Shown: piece after piece, positions 32,378 to 45,700 of the stretch
Layout of the letters: every line of letters starts with the position of its first letter
Numbering within the stretch: the stretch's first letter is position 1
Assembly: GCA_964016885.1 (NCBI GenBank)
Contig: CAXHJY010000751.1
Coordinates: 1-64,000, forward strand
Source: Eledone cirrhosa
Taxonomy: Eukaryota
Length of the DNA: 64,000 bases
Direction: 5' to 3'
Notes under the pieces: model-generated
What the model was told of the DNA's origin: nothing
What the model saw: only the letters and a program-made list of their open reading frames with translations
The model's database searches: none
Position numbers and translations under genes: made by a program

Positions 32378-32430
32378 TTCTTTTTTTTTTATTTTATTTT
32401 CTTTTTTATTTATTTATTAATTTTTTTTTT

Positions 32431-32475
32431 CTCCTCGTGCAATGGCCATACTCGATAACGAGGGGGCAGCCATCA
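32431..32475 (+). mobile_element. RTE 3' terminal stem-loop and tail
   Basis: TCGTGCAATGGCCATA-CTCG ATAA CGAG-GGGGCAGCCAT followed by (ATGT)n. Confidence 0.7.
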
Positions 32476-32879
32476 TATATGTATGTATATATGTGTGTAT
32501 ATATGTGTGTGTATATATGTGTGTATGTATATGTGTGTATATATGTATGTATATATGTATGCGTGTATGCATATATATACGTATGTATATCAGTACGATG
32601 CATATTAAAATCTGTGTACGTATGTATATATGTAGATGTCTGTGTGTATGTATGAGTATATATAAGTGTGTGTGTATGTATGTAAGTGTGTGTATGTCAA
32701 TAAAACAGTCAACAGCTCCGTCAACAGAGGTCGTTAGTGCTCCATTAACCAAAACAATCTAAACAAGGTCAAAGGTTAAACTATATCCTCCTCCATTTCA
32801 CCCTGACCCTTATAACTTGCTACCATGTTGACCTTTTATACAGAGTTGAGGGGCCGAAATAAGGGAGGGTTTACTGGCG

Positions 32880-33700
32880 GTGTTGGTGGCGGTGATGGTG
32901 GTGGTGGTGATGGTGGTGGTGGTGGTGATGGTGGTGGTGGTGGTGGTGGTGGTGGTGATGGTGGTGGTGGTGGTGGTGATGGTGGTGGTGGTGGTGGTGG
33001 TGATGGTGGTGGTGATGGTGGTGGTAGTGATGATGGTGGTGGTAGTGATGGTGGTGGTGGTGGTGATGGTGGTGGTGGTGATGGTGGTGGTGGTGATGGT
33101 GATGGTGGTAATGGTGGTGGTGGTGGTGGTGTTGTGGTTGGTAGCGGTGGTGGTGGCAGAAGTGGAGGCGGTGAGGGTGGCAGTGTTGGTCTTGTGGTTG
33201 GTGGCGGTTTTGGTGACAGAAGTGGTGGCGGTGTGGTGGTGGTGGTGTTTTGGTTGGTGGCGGTGTTGGTGACAGAGGTGGTGGGGGTGATGGCAGTGGT
33301 GGTCTTGTGGTTGGTGGTGGAGATGGTGGCAGAGGTGGTGGTAGTGATGGTGGCAGTGGTGGTGGGGGTGATGGCAGTGGTGGTCTTGTGGTTGGTGGTG
33401 GAGATGGTGGCAGAGATGGTGGTAGTGATGGTGGCAGTGGTGGTGGTGTTGTGGTTGGGGGTGGGGTTGGTGACAGAGGTGGAGGCGGGTGGAGGTATTG
33501 GTGACAGAGGGGGTGGCGGTGTTGTCGTTTTGCTGCTGCAGTCTGTGGTGGTGGTGGTGCCGATGGTGGGGGTGATGTTAATGGGCCTGGTGCGGGTGGC
33601 GGTAGAGGTGGTAGTGCTAGTGGTGGGGTGATGGTAGTTATTTGATTGCAGGTAATGTTTGTGGTGGTGATGATGATCGGGATGATGGTGATAAGGATAG
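32880..33700. repeat. (GGT/GAT)n low-complexity tract
   Basis: Directly visible. Confidence 0.9.
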
Positions 33701-33709
33701 TGGAGATAG

Positions 33710-36700
33710 CGGTGGTGGAGGTGATGGTAGTTGTGTGTGTGGTGGAGGTGATGGTAGTTGTGTGTGTGGTGGAGGTGATGGTAGTTGTGTCTGTGGTGGA
33801 GGTGATGGTAGTTGTGTCTGTGGTGGAGGTGATGGTAGTTGTGTCTGTGGTGGAGGTGATGGTAGTTGTGTCTGTGGTGGAGGTGATGGTAGTTGTGTCT
33901 GTGGTGGAGGTGATGGTAGTTGTGTCTGTGGTGGAGGTGATGGTAGTTGTGTCTGTGGTGGTGGAGGTGATGGTAGTTGTGGCTGTGGTGGAGGTGATGG
34001 CAGTTGTGTCTGTGGTGGTGGTGATGGCAGTTGTGTGTGTGGTGGAGGTGATGGTAGTTGTGTCTGTGGTGGTGGAGGTGATGGTAGTTGTGTCTGTGGT
34101 GGTGGTGATGGTAGTTGTGTCTGTGGTGGAGGTGATGGTAGTTGTGTCTGTGGTGGTGGAGGTGATGGTAGTTGTGGCTGTGGTGGAGGTGATGGCAGTT
34201 GTGTCTGTGGTGGTGGAGGTGATGGTAGTTGTGGCTGTGGTGGAGGTGATGGCAGTTGTGTCTGTGGTGGTGGTGATGGTAGTTGTGTCTGTGGTGGAGG
34301 TGATGGTAGTTGTGTCTGTGGTGGTGGAGGTGATGGTAGTTGTGGCTGTGGTGGAGGTGATGGCAGTTGTGTCTGTGGTGGAGGTGATGGTAGTTGTGTC
34401 TGTGGTGGTGGTGATGGTAGTTGTGTATGTGGTGGAGGTGATGGTAGTTGTGTCTGTGGTGGTGGAGGTGATGGTAGTTGTGTCTGTGGTGGTGGTGATG
34501 GTAGTTGTGTCTGTGGTGGAGGTGATGGTAGTTGTGTCTGTGGTGGTGGAGGTGATGGTAGTTGTGGCTGTGGTGGAGGTGATGGCAGTTGTGTCTGTGG
34601 TGGAGGTGATGGTAGTTGTGTCTGTGGTGGAGGTGATGGTAGTTGTGTCTGTGGTGGAGGTGGTGGTAGTTGTGTCTGTGGTGGAGGTGATGGTAGTTAT
34701 GTCTGTGGTGGAGGTGATGGTAGTTGTGTCTGTGGTGGAGGTGATGGTAGTTGTGTCTGTGGTGGTGGAGGTGATGGTAGTTGTGGCTGTGGTGGAAGTG
34801 ATGGTAGTTGTGTCTGTGGTGGAGGTGATGGCAGTTGTGTCTGTGGTGATGGAGGTGATGGTAGTTGTGTCTGTGGTGGAGGTGATGGTAGTTGTGTCTG
34901 TGGTGGTGGAGGTGATGGTAGTTGTGTCTGTGGTGGAGGTGATGGCAGTTGTGTCTGTGGTGATGGAGGTGATGGTAGTTGTGTCTGTGGTGGAGGTGAT
35001 GGTAGTTGTGTCTGTGGTGGAGGTGATGGTAGTTGTGTCTGTGGTGGTGGTGATGGTAGTTGTGTCTGTGGTGGAAGTGATGGTAGTTGTGTCTGTGGTG
35101 GAGGTGATGGTAGTTGTGTCTGTGGTGGAGGTGATGGTAGTTGTGTCTGTGGTGGTGGAGGTGATGGTAGTTGTGTCTGTGGTGGAAGTGATGGTAGTTG
35201 TGCCTGTGGTGGAGGTGATGGTAGTTGTGTCTGTGGTGGAGGTGATGGTAGTTGTGTCTGTGGTGGAGGTGATGGTAGTTGTGTCTGTGGTGGTGGAGGT
35301 GATGGTAGTTGTGTCTGTGGTGGTGGAGGTGATGGTAGTTGTGTCTGTGGTGGTGGTGATGGCAGTTGTGTCTGTGGTGGAGGTGATGGTAGTTGTGTCT
35401 GTGGTGGAGGTGATGGTAGTTGTGTCTGTGGTGGAGGTGATGGTAGTTGTGTCTGTGGTGGAGGTGATGGTAGTTGTGTCTGTGGTGGTGGAGGTGATGG
35501 TAGTTGTGTCTGTGGTGGTGGTGATGGCAGTTGTGTCTGTGGTGGTGGTGATGGTAGTTGTGTCTGTGGTGGAGGTGATGGTAGTTGTGTCTGTGGTGGA
35601 GGTGATGGTAGTTGTGTCTGTGGTGGAGGTGATGGTAGTTGTGTCTGTGGTGGTGGAGGTGATGGTAGTTGTGTCTGTGGTGGTGGTGATGGCAGTTGTG
35701 TCTGTGGTGGAGGTGATGGTAGTTGTGTCTGTGGTGGAGGTGATGGTAGTTGTGTCTGTGGTGGAGGTGATGGTAGTTGTGTCTGTGGTGGAGGTGATGG
35801 CAGTTGTGTCTGTGGTGGAGGTGATGGTAGTTGTGTCTGTGGTGGTGGAGGTGATGGTAGTTGTGTCTGTGGTGGTGGTGATGGTAGTTGTGTCTGTGGT
35901 GGAGGTGATGGTAGTTGTGTCTGTGGTGGTGGAGGTGATGGTAGTTGTGTCTGTGGTGGAGGTGATGGTAGTTGTGTCTGTGGTGGAGGTGATGGTAGTT
36001 GTGTCTGTGGTGGTGGAGGTGATGGTAGTTGTGTCTGTGGTGGAGGTGATGGTAGTTGTGTCTGTGGTGGAGGTGATGGTAGTTGTGTCTGTGGTGGTGG
36101 AGGTGATGGTAGTTGTGTCTGTGGTGGAGGTGATGGTAGTTGTGTCTGTGGTGGAGGTGATGGTAGTTGTGTCTGTGGTGGAGGTGATGGTAGTTGTGTC
36201 TGTGGTGGAGGTGATGGTAGTTGTGTCTGTGGTGGAGGTGATGGTAGTTGTGTCTGTGGTGGTGGTGATGGTAGTTGTGTCTGTGGTGGTGGAGGTGATG
36301 GTAGTTGTGTCTGTGGTGGAGGTGATGGCAGTTGTGTCTGTGGTGGAGGTGATGGTAGTTGTGTCTGTGGTGGAGGTGATGGTAGTTGTGTCTGTGGTGG
36401 TGGAGGTGATGGTAGTTGTGTCTGTGGTGGAGGTGATGGCAGTTGTGTCTGTGGTGGAGGTGATGGCAGTTGTGTCTGTGGTGGAGGTGATGGTAGTTGT
36501 GTCTGTGGTGGAGGTGATGGTAGTTGTGTCTGTGGTGGTGGAGGTGATGGTAGTTGTGTCTGTGGTGGAGGTGATGGCAGTTGTGTCTGTGGTGGAGGTG
36601 ATGGTAGTTGTGTCTGTGGTGGAGGTGATGGTAGTTGTGTCTGTGGTGGTGGTGATGGTAGTTGTGTCTGTGGTGGTGGAGGTGATGGTAGTTGTGTCTG

Positions 36701-39700
36701 TGGTGGAGGTGATGGTAGTTGTGTCTGTGGTGGAGGTGATGGTAGTTGTGTCTGTGGTGGTGGAGGTGATGGTAGTTGTGTCTGTGGTGGTGGAGGTGAT
36801 GGTAGTTGTGTCTGTGGTGGAGGTGATGGCAGTTGTGTCTGTGGTGGAGGTGATGGTAGTTGTGTCTGTGGTGGTGGTGATGGTAGTTGTGTCTGTGGTG
36901 GTGGAGGTGATGGTAGTTGTGTCTGTGGTGGAGGTGATGGTAGTTGTGTCTGTGGTGGAGGTGATGGTAGTTGTGTCTGTGGTGGAGGTGATGGTAGTTG
37001 TGTCTGTGGTGGTGGAGGTGATGGTAGTTGTGTCTGTGGTGGTGGAGGTGATGGTAGTTGTGTCTGTGGTGGAGGTGATGGCAGTTGTGTCTGTGGTGGA
37101 GGTGATGGTAGTTGTGTCTGTGGTGGTGGTGATGGTAGTTGTGTCTGTGGTGGTGGAGGTGATGGTAGTTGTGTCTGTGGTGGTGGAGGTGATGGTAGTT
37201 GTGTCTGTGGTGGAGGTGATGGTAGTTGTGTCTGTGGTGGAGGTGATGGTAGTTGTGTCTGTGGTGGTGGAGGTGATGGTAGTTGTGTCTGTGGTGGTGG
37301 AGGTGATGGTAGTTGTGTCTGTGGTGGAGGTGATGGCAGTTGTGTCTGTGGTGGAGGTGATGGTAGTTGTGTCTGTGGTGGTGGTGATGGTAGTTGTGTC
37401 TGTGGTGGTGGAGGTGATGGTAGTTGTGTCTGTGGTGGAGGTGATGGCAGTTGTGTCTGTGGTGGTGGAGGTGATGGTAGTTGTGTCTGTGGTGGAGGTG
37501 ATGGCAGTTGTGTCTGTGGTGGAGGTGATGGTAGTTGTGTCTGTGGTGGTGGAGGTGATGGTAGTTGTGTCTGTGGTGGAGGTGATGGTAGTTGTGTCTG
37601 TGGTGGAGGTGATGGTAGTTGTGTCTGTGGTGGTGGAGGTGATGGTAGTTGTGTCTGTGGTGGAGGTGATGGCAGTTGTGTCTTTGGTGGTGGAGGTGAT
37701 GGTAGTTGTGTCTGTGGTGGAGGTGATGGCAGTTGTGTCTGTGGTGGTGGAGGTGATGGTAGTTGTGTCTGTGGTGGAGGTGATGGTAGTTGTGTCTGTG
37801 GTGGAGGTGATGGCAGTTGTGTCTGTGGTGGTGGAGGTGATGGTAGTTGTGTCTGTGGTGGAGGTGATGGCAGTTGTGTCTGTGGTGGTGGAGGTGATGG
37901 TAGTTGTGTCTGTGGTGGAGGTGATGGCAGTTGTGTCTGTGGAGGTGGAGGTGATGGTAGTTGTGTCTGTGGTGGTGGAGGTGATGGTAGTTGTGTCTGT
38001 GGTGGAGGTGATGGCAGTTGTGTCTGTGGTGGTGGAGGTGATGGTAGTTGTGTCTGTGGTGGAGGTGATGGCAGTTGTGTCTGTGGTGGTGGAGGTGATG
38101 GTAGTTGTGTCTGTGGTGGAGGTGATGGCAGTTGTGTCTGTGGTGGTGGAGGTGATGGCAGTTGTGTCTGTGGTGGTGGAGGTGATGGTAGTTGTGTCTG
38201 TGGTGGAGGTGATGGCAGTTGTGTCTGTGGTGGTGGAGGTGATGGTAGTTGTGTCTGTGGTGGAGGTGATGGCAGTTGTGTCTGTGGAGGTGGAGGTGAT
38301 GGTAGTTGTGTCTGTGGTGGAGGTGATGGCAGTTGTGTCTGTGGTGGTGGAGGTGATGGTAATTGTGTCTGTGGTGGAGGTGATGGCAGTTGTGTCTGTG
38401 GTGGTGGAGGTGATGGTAGTTGTGTCTGTGGTGGAGGTGATGGCAGTTGTGTCTGTGGTGGTGGAGGTGGTGGTAGTTGTGTCTGTGGTGGAGGTGATGG
38501 TAGTTGTGTCTGTGGTGGAGGTGATGGCAGTTGTGTCTGTGGTGGAGGTGATGGTAGTTGTGTCTGTGGTGGAGGTGATGGTAGTTATGTCTGTGGTGGA
38601 GGTGATGGTAGTTGTGTCTGTGGTGGAGGTGATGGTAGTTGTGTCTGTGGTGGAGGTGATGGTAGTTGTGTCTGTGGTGGTGGAGGTGATGGTAGTTGTG
38701 TCTGTGGTGGAGGTGATGGCAGTTGTGTCTGTGGTGGTGGAGGTGATGGTAGTTGTGTCTGTGGTGGAGGTGATGGCAGTTGTGTCTGTGGTGGTGGAGG
38801 TGATGGTAGTTGTGTCTGTGGTGGAGGTGATGGCAGTTGTGTCTGTGGTGGTGGAGGTGGTGGTAGTTGTGTCTGTGGTGGAGGTGATGGTAGTTGTGTC
38901 TGTGGTGGAGGTGATGGCAGTTGTGTCTGTGGTGGAGGTGATGGTAGTTGTGTCTGTGGTGGAGGTGATGGTAGTTATGTCTGTGGTGGAGGTGATGGTA
39001 GTTGTGCCTGTGGTGGAGGTGATGGTAGTTGTGTCTGTGGTGGAGGTGATGGTAGTTGTGTCTGTGGTGGTGGAGGTGATGGTAGTTGTGTCTGTGGTGG
39101 AGGTGATGGCAGTTGTGTCTGTGGTGGTGGAGGTGATGGTAGTTGTGTCTGTGGTGGAGGTGATGGCAGTTGTGTCTGTGGTGGAGGTGATGGTAGTTGT
39201 GTCTGTGGTGGAGGTGATGGTAGTTGTGTCTGTGGTGGTGGTGATGGCAGTTGTGTCTGTGGTGGTGGAGGTGATGGTAGTTGTGTCTGTGGTGGTGGAG
39301 GTGATGGTAGTTGTGTCTGTGGTGGAGGTGATGGTAGTTGTGTCTGTGGTGGTGGTGATGGCAGTTGTGTCTGTGGTGGTGGAGGTGATGGTAGTTGTGG
39401 CTGTGGTGGAAGTGATGGTAGTTGTGTCTGTGGTGGAGGTGATGGCAGTTGTGTCTGTGGTGGAGGTGATGGCAGTTGTGTCTGTGGTGGTGGAGGTGAT
39501 GGTAGTTGTGTGTGTGGTGGAGGTGATGGCAGTTGTGTCTGTGGTGGAGGTGATGGCAGTTGTGTCTGTGGTGGTGGAGGTGATGGTAGTTGTGTCTGTG
39601 GTGGAGGTGATGGTAGTTGTGTCTGTGGTGGTGGAGGTGATGGTAGTTGTGTCTGTGGTGGAGGTGATGGTAGTTGTGTCTGTGGTGGAGGTGATGGCAG

Positions 39701-42700
39701 TTGTGTCTGTGGTGGTGGAGGTGATGGTAGTTGTGTCTGTGGTGGAGGTGATGGCAGTTGTGTCTGTGGTGGAGGTGATGGCAGTTGTGTCTGTGGTGGA
39801 GGTGATGGCAGTTGTGTCTGTGGTGGTGGAGGTGATGGTAGTTGTGTGTGTGGTGGAGGTGATGGCAGTTGTGTCTGTGGTGGAGGTGATGGCAGTTGTG
39901 TCTGTGGTGGTGGAGGTGATGGTAGTTGTGTCTGTGGTGGAGGTGATGGCAGTTGTGTCTGTGGTGGAGGTGATGGCAGTTGTGTCTGTGGTGGAGGTGA
40001 TGGCAGTTGTGTCTGTGGTGGTGGAGGTGATGGTAGTTGTGTGTGTGGTGGAGGTGATGGCAGTTGTGTCTGTGGTGGAGGTGATGGCAGTTGTGTCTGT
40101 GGTGGTGGAGGTGATGGTAGTTGTGTCTGTGGTGGAGGTGATGGTAGTTGTGTCTGTGGTGGAGGTGATGGTAGTTGTGTCTGTGGTGGAGGTGATGGTA
40201 GTTGTGTCTGAGGTGGAGGTGATGGCAGTTGTGTCTGTGGTGGTGGAGGTGATGGTAGTTGTGTCTGTGGTGGAGGTGGTAGTTGTGTCTGTGGTGGAGG
40301 TGATGGTAGTTGTGTCTGTGGTGGAGGTGATGGCAGTTGTGTCTGTGGTGGTGGAGGTGATGGTAGTTGTGTCTGTGGTGGAGGTGATGGCAGTTGTGTC
40401 TGTGGTGGAGGTGATGGCAGTTGTGTCTGTGGTGGAGGTGATGGCAGTTGTGTCTGTGGTGGTGGAGGTGATGGTAGTTGTGTGTGTGGTGGAGGTGATG
40501 GCAGTTGTGTCTGTGGTGGAGGTGATGGTAGTTGTGTCTGTGGTGGTGGTGATGGTAGTTGTGTCTGTGGTGGAGGTGATGGTAGTTGTGTCTGTGGTGG
40601 TGGAGGTGATGGTAGTTGTGTCTGTGGTGGAGGTGATGGTAGTTGTGTCTGTGGTGGTGGAGGTGATGGTAGTTGTGTCTATGGTGGAGGTGGTGGCAGT
40701 TGTGTCTGTGGTGGTGGAGGTGATGGTAGTTGTGTCTGTGGTGGAGGTGATGGCAGTTGTGTCTGTGGTGGTGGAGGTGATGGTAGTTGTGTCTGTGGTG
40801 GAGGTGATGGCAGTTGTGTCTGTGGTGGTGGAGGTGATGGTAGTTGTGTCTGTGGTGGAGGTGATGGCAGTTGTGTCTGTGGTGGTGGAGGTGATGGTAG
40901 TTGTGTCTGTGGTGGAGGTGATGGCAGTTGTGTCTGTGGTGGTGGAGGTGGTGGTAGTTGTGTCTGTGGTGGAGGTGATGGTAGTTGTGTCTGTGGTGGA
41001 GGTGATGGCAGTTGTGTCTGTGGTGGAGGTGATGGTAGTTGTGTCTGTGGTGGTGGAGGTGATGGTAGTTGTGTCTGTGGTGGAGGTGATGGCAGTTGTG
41101 TCTGTGGTGGTGGAGGTGATGGTAGTTGTGTCTGTGGTGGAGGTGATGGCAGTTGTGTCTGTGGTGGTGGAGGTGATGGTAGTTGTGTCTGTGGTGGAGG
41201 TGATGGCAGTTGTGTCTGTGGTGGAGGTGATGGTAGTTGCGTCTGTGGTGGAGGTGATGGTAGTTGTGTCTGTGGTGGAGGTGATGGTAGTTGTGTCTGT
41301 GGTGGAGGTGATGGTAGTTGTGTCTGTGGTGGTGGTGGTGATGGTAGTTGTGTCTGTGGTGGAGGTGATGGTAGTTGTGTCTGTGGTGGTGGTGATGGTA
41401 GTTGTGTCTGTGGTGGAGGTGATGGTAGTTGTGTCTGTGGTGGTGGTGATGGTAGTTGTGTCTGTGGTGGAGGTGATGGTAGTTGTGTCTGTGGTGGTGG
41501 TGATGGTAGTTGTGTCTGTGGTGGAGGTGATGGTAGTTGTGTGTGTGGTGGTGGTGATGGTAGTTGTGTCTGTGGTGGAGGTGATGGTAGTTGCGTCTGT
41601 GGTGGAGGTGATGGTAGTTGTGTCTGTGGTGGAGGTGATGGTAGTTGTGTCTGTGGTGGAGGTGATGGTAGTTGTGTCTGTGGTGGTGGAGGTGATGGTA
41701 GTTGTGTCTGTGGTGGAGGTGATGGTAGTTGTGTCTGTGGTGGAGGTGATGGTAGTTGTGTCTGTGGTGGAGGTGATGGTAGTTGTGTCTGTGGTGGTGG
41801 TGATGGTAGTTGTGTCTGTGGTGGAGGTGATGGTAGTTGTGTCTGTGGTGGTGGTGGTGATGGTAGTTGTGTCTGTGGTGGAGGTGATGGTAGTTGTGTC
41901 TGTGGTGGAGGTGATGGTAGTTGCGTCTGTGGTGGAGGTGATGGTAGTTGTGTCTGTGGTGGAGGTGATGGTAGTTGTGTCTGTGGTGGAGGTGATGGTA
42001 GTTGTGTCTGTGGTGGTGGTGATGGTAGTTGTGTCTGTGGTGGAGGTGATGGTAGTTGTGTCTGTGGTGGTGGAGGTGATGGTAGTTGTGTCTGTGGTGG
42101 AGGTGATGGTAGTTGTGTCTGTGGTGGAGGTGATGGTAGTTGTGTCTGTGGTGGAGGTGATGGTAGTTGTGTCTGTGGTGGTGGTGATGGTAGTTGTGTC
42201 TGTGGTGGAGGTGATGGTAGTTGTGTCTGTGGTGGAGGTGATGGCAGTTGTGTCTGTGGTGGAGGTGATGGTAATTGTGTCTGTGGTGGAGGTGATGGTA
42301 GTTGTGTGTGTGGTGGTGGTGATGGTAGTTGTGTCTGTGGTGGTGGAGGTGATGGTAGTTGTGTCTGTGGTGGAGGTGATGGTAGTTGTGTCTGTGGTGG
42401 AGGTGATGGTAGTTGTGTCTGTGGTGGGTGGTGAGGTAGTTGTGTCTGTGGTGGTGGAGGTGATGGTAGTTGTGTCTGTGGTGGAGGTGATGGTAGTTGT
42501 GTCTGTGGTGGTGGTGATGGTAGTTGTGTCTGTGGTGGAGGTGATGGTAGTTGTGTCTGTGGTGGTGGAGGTGATGGTAGTTGTGTCTGTGGTGGAGGTG
42601 ATGGTAGTTGTGTCTGTGGTGGAGGTGATGGCAGTTGTGTCTGTGGTGGAGGTGATGGTAGTTGTGTCTTTGGTGGAGGTGATGGTAGTTGTGTGTGTGG

Positions 42701-45700
42701 TGGTGGTGATGGTAGTTGTGTCTGTGGTGGTGGAGGTGATGGTAGTTGTGTCTGTGGTGGAGGTGATGGTAGTTGTGTCTGTGGTGGAGGTGATGGTAGT
42801 TGTGTCTGTGGTGGTGGTGATGGTAGTTGTGTCTGTGGTGGTGGAGGTGATGGTAGTTGTGTCTGTGGTGGAGGTGATGGTAGTTGTGTCTGTGGTGGTG
42901 GTGATGGTAGTTGTGTCTGTGGTGGAGGTGATGGTAGTTGTGTGTGTGTGGTGGAGGTGATGGTAGTTGTGTCTGTGGTGGAGGTGATGGTAGTTGTGTC
43001 TGTGGTGGAGTGATGGTAGTTGTGTCTGTGGTGGAGGTGATGGTAGTTGTGTCTGTGGTGGAGGTGATGGTAGTTGTGTCTGTGGTGGTGGAGGTGATGG
43101 TAGTTGTGTCTGTGGTGGTGGTGATGGTAGTTGTGTCTGTGGTGGAGGTGATGGTAGTTGTGTCTGTGGTGGAAGTGATGGTAGTTGCTGTCTGTGGTGG
43201 AGGTGATGGTAGTTGTGTCTGTGGTGGTGGAGGTGATGGTAGTTGTGTCTGTGGTGGAGGTGATGGTAGTTGTGTGTGTGGTGGTGGTGATGGTAGTTGT
43301 GTCTGTGGTGGAAGTGATGGTAGTTGTGTCTGTGGTGGAGGTGATGGTAGTTGTGTGTGTGGTGGTGGAGGTGATGGTAGTTGTGTCTGTGGTGGAGGTG
43401 ATGGTAGTTGTGTGTGTGGTGGTGGTGATGGTAGTTGTGTCTGTGGTGGAAGTGATGGTAGTTGTGTCTGTGGTGGTGGAGGTGATGGTAGTTGTGTCTG
43501 TGGTGGAGGTGATGGTAGTTGTGTCTGTGGTGGTGGAGGTGATGGTAGTTGTGTCTGTGGTGGAAGTGATGGTAGTTGTGTGTGTGGTGGTGGTGATGGT
43601 AGTTGTGTCTGTGGTGGAGGTGATGGTAGTTGTGTCTGTGGTGGAGGTGATGGTAGTTGTGTCTGTGGTGGTGGAGGTGATGGTAGTTGTGTCTGTGGTG
43701 GAGGTGATGGTAGTTGTGTCTGTGGTGGAGGTGATGGTAGTTGTGTCTGTGGTGGAGGTGATGGTAGTTGTGTCTGTGGTGGAGGTGATGGTAGTTGTGT
43801 CTGTGGTGGAGGTGATGGTAGTTGTGTCTGTGGTGGTGGAGGTGATGGTAGTTGTGTCTGTGGTGGAGGTGATGGTAGTTGTGTCTGTGGTGGAGGTGAT
43901 GGTAGTTGTGTCTGTGGTGGAGGTGATGGTAGTTGTGTCTGTGGTGGTGGAGGTGATGGTAGTTGTGTCTGTGGTGGAGGTGATGGTAGTTGTGTCTGTG
44001 GTGGAGGTGATGGTAGTTGTGTCTGTGGTGGAGGTGATGGTAGTTGTGTCTGTGGTGGAGGTGATGGTAGTTGTGTCTGTGGTGGTGGAGGTGATGGTAG
44101 TTGTGTCTGTGGTGGTGGAGGTGATGGTAGTTGTGTCTGTGGTGGAAGTGATGGTAGTTGTGTCTGTGGTGGTGGAGGTGATGGTAGTTGTGTCTGTGGT
44201 GGTGGAGGTGATGGTAGTTGTGTCTGTGGTGGTGGAGGTGATGGTAGTTGTGTCTGTGGTGGAAGTGATGGTAGTTGTGTGTGTGGTGGTGGTGATGGTA
44301 GTTGTGTCTGTGGTGGAGGTGATGGTAGTTGTGTCTGTGGTGGAGGTGATGGTAGTTGTGTCTGTGGTGGTGGAGGTGATGGTAGTTGTGTCTGTGGTGG
44401 AAGTGATGGTAGTTGTGTGTGTGGTGGTGGTGATGGTAGTTGTGTCTGTGGTGGAGGTGATGGTAGTTGTGTCTGTGGTGGTGGAGGTGATGGTAGTTGT
44501 GTCTGTGGTGGAGGTGATGGTAGTTGTGTCTGTGGTGGTGGAGGTGATGGTAGTTGTGTCTGTGGTGGTGGAGGTGATGGTAGTTGTGTCTGTGGTGGAA
44601 GTGATGGTAGTTGTGTCTGTGGTGGAGGTGATGGTAGTTGTGTGTGTGGTGGTGGTGATGGTAGTTGTGTCTGTGGTGGAGGTGATGGTAGTTGTGTCTG
44701 TGGTGGAGGTGATGGTAGTTGTGTGTGTGGTGGAGGTGATGGTAGTTGTGTCTGTGGTGGAGGTGATGGTAGTTGTGTGTGTGGTGGTGGTGATGGTAGT
44801 TGTGTCTGTGGTGGAGGTGATGGTAGTTGTGTCTGTGGTGGAGGTGATGGTAGTTGTGTCTGTGGTGGAGGTGATGGTAGTTGTGTCTGTGGTGGAGGTG
44901 ATGGTAGTTGTGTCTGTGGTGGAGGTGATGGTAGTTGTGTCTGTGGTGGAGGTGATGGTAGTTGTGTCTGTGGTGGTGGAGGTGATGGTAGTTGTGTCTG
45001 TGGTGGTGGTGATGGTAGTTGTGTCTGTGGTGGAGGTGATGGTAGTTGTGTCTGTGGTGGTGGAGGTGATGGTAGTTGTGTGTGTGGTGGAGGTGATGGT
45101 AGTTGTGTATGTGGTGGAGGTGATGGTAGTTGTGTCTGTGGTGGAGGTGATGGTAGTTGTGTCTGTGGTGGAGGTGATGGTAGTTGTGTCTGTGGTGGTG
45201 GAGGTGATGGTAGGTGTGTGTGTGGTGGAGGTGATGGTAGTTGTGTCTGTGGTGGAGGTGATGGTAGTTGTGTGTGTGGTGGAGGTGATGGTAGTTGTGT
45301 CTGTGGTGGAGGTGATGGTAGTTGTGTGTGTGGTGGAGGTGATGGTAGTTGTGTCTGTGGTGGAGGTGATGGTAGATGTGTCTGTGGTGGAGGTGATGGT
45401 AGTTGTGTGTGTGGTGGAGGTGATGGTAGTTGTGTCTGTGGTGGAGGTGATGGTAGATGTGTCTGTGGTGGAGGTGATGGTAGTTGTGTGTGTGGTGGAG
45501 GTGATGGTAGTTGTGTCTGTGGTGGAGGTGATGGTAGTTGTGTGTGTGGTGGAGGTGATGGTAGTTGTGTCTGTGGTGGTGGAAGTGATGGTAGTTGTGT
45601 CTGTGGTGGTGGTGATGGTAGTTGTGTCTGTGGTGGAGGTGATGGTAGTTGTGTCTGTGGTGGTGGAGGTGATGGTAGTTGTGTCTGTGGTGGAGGTGAT

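Noticed and set aside
40209-40211. TGA replacing a Cys codon as possible selenocysteine
   Set aside because: It is a single event in hundreds of units with no SECIS evidence, so a point mutation or sequencing error is simpler.
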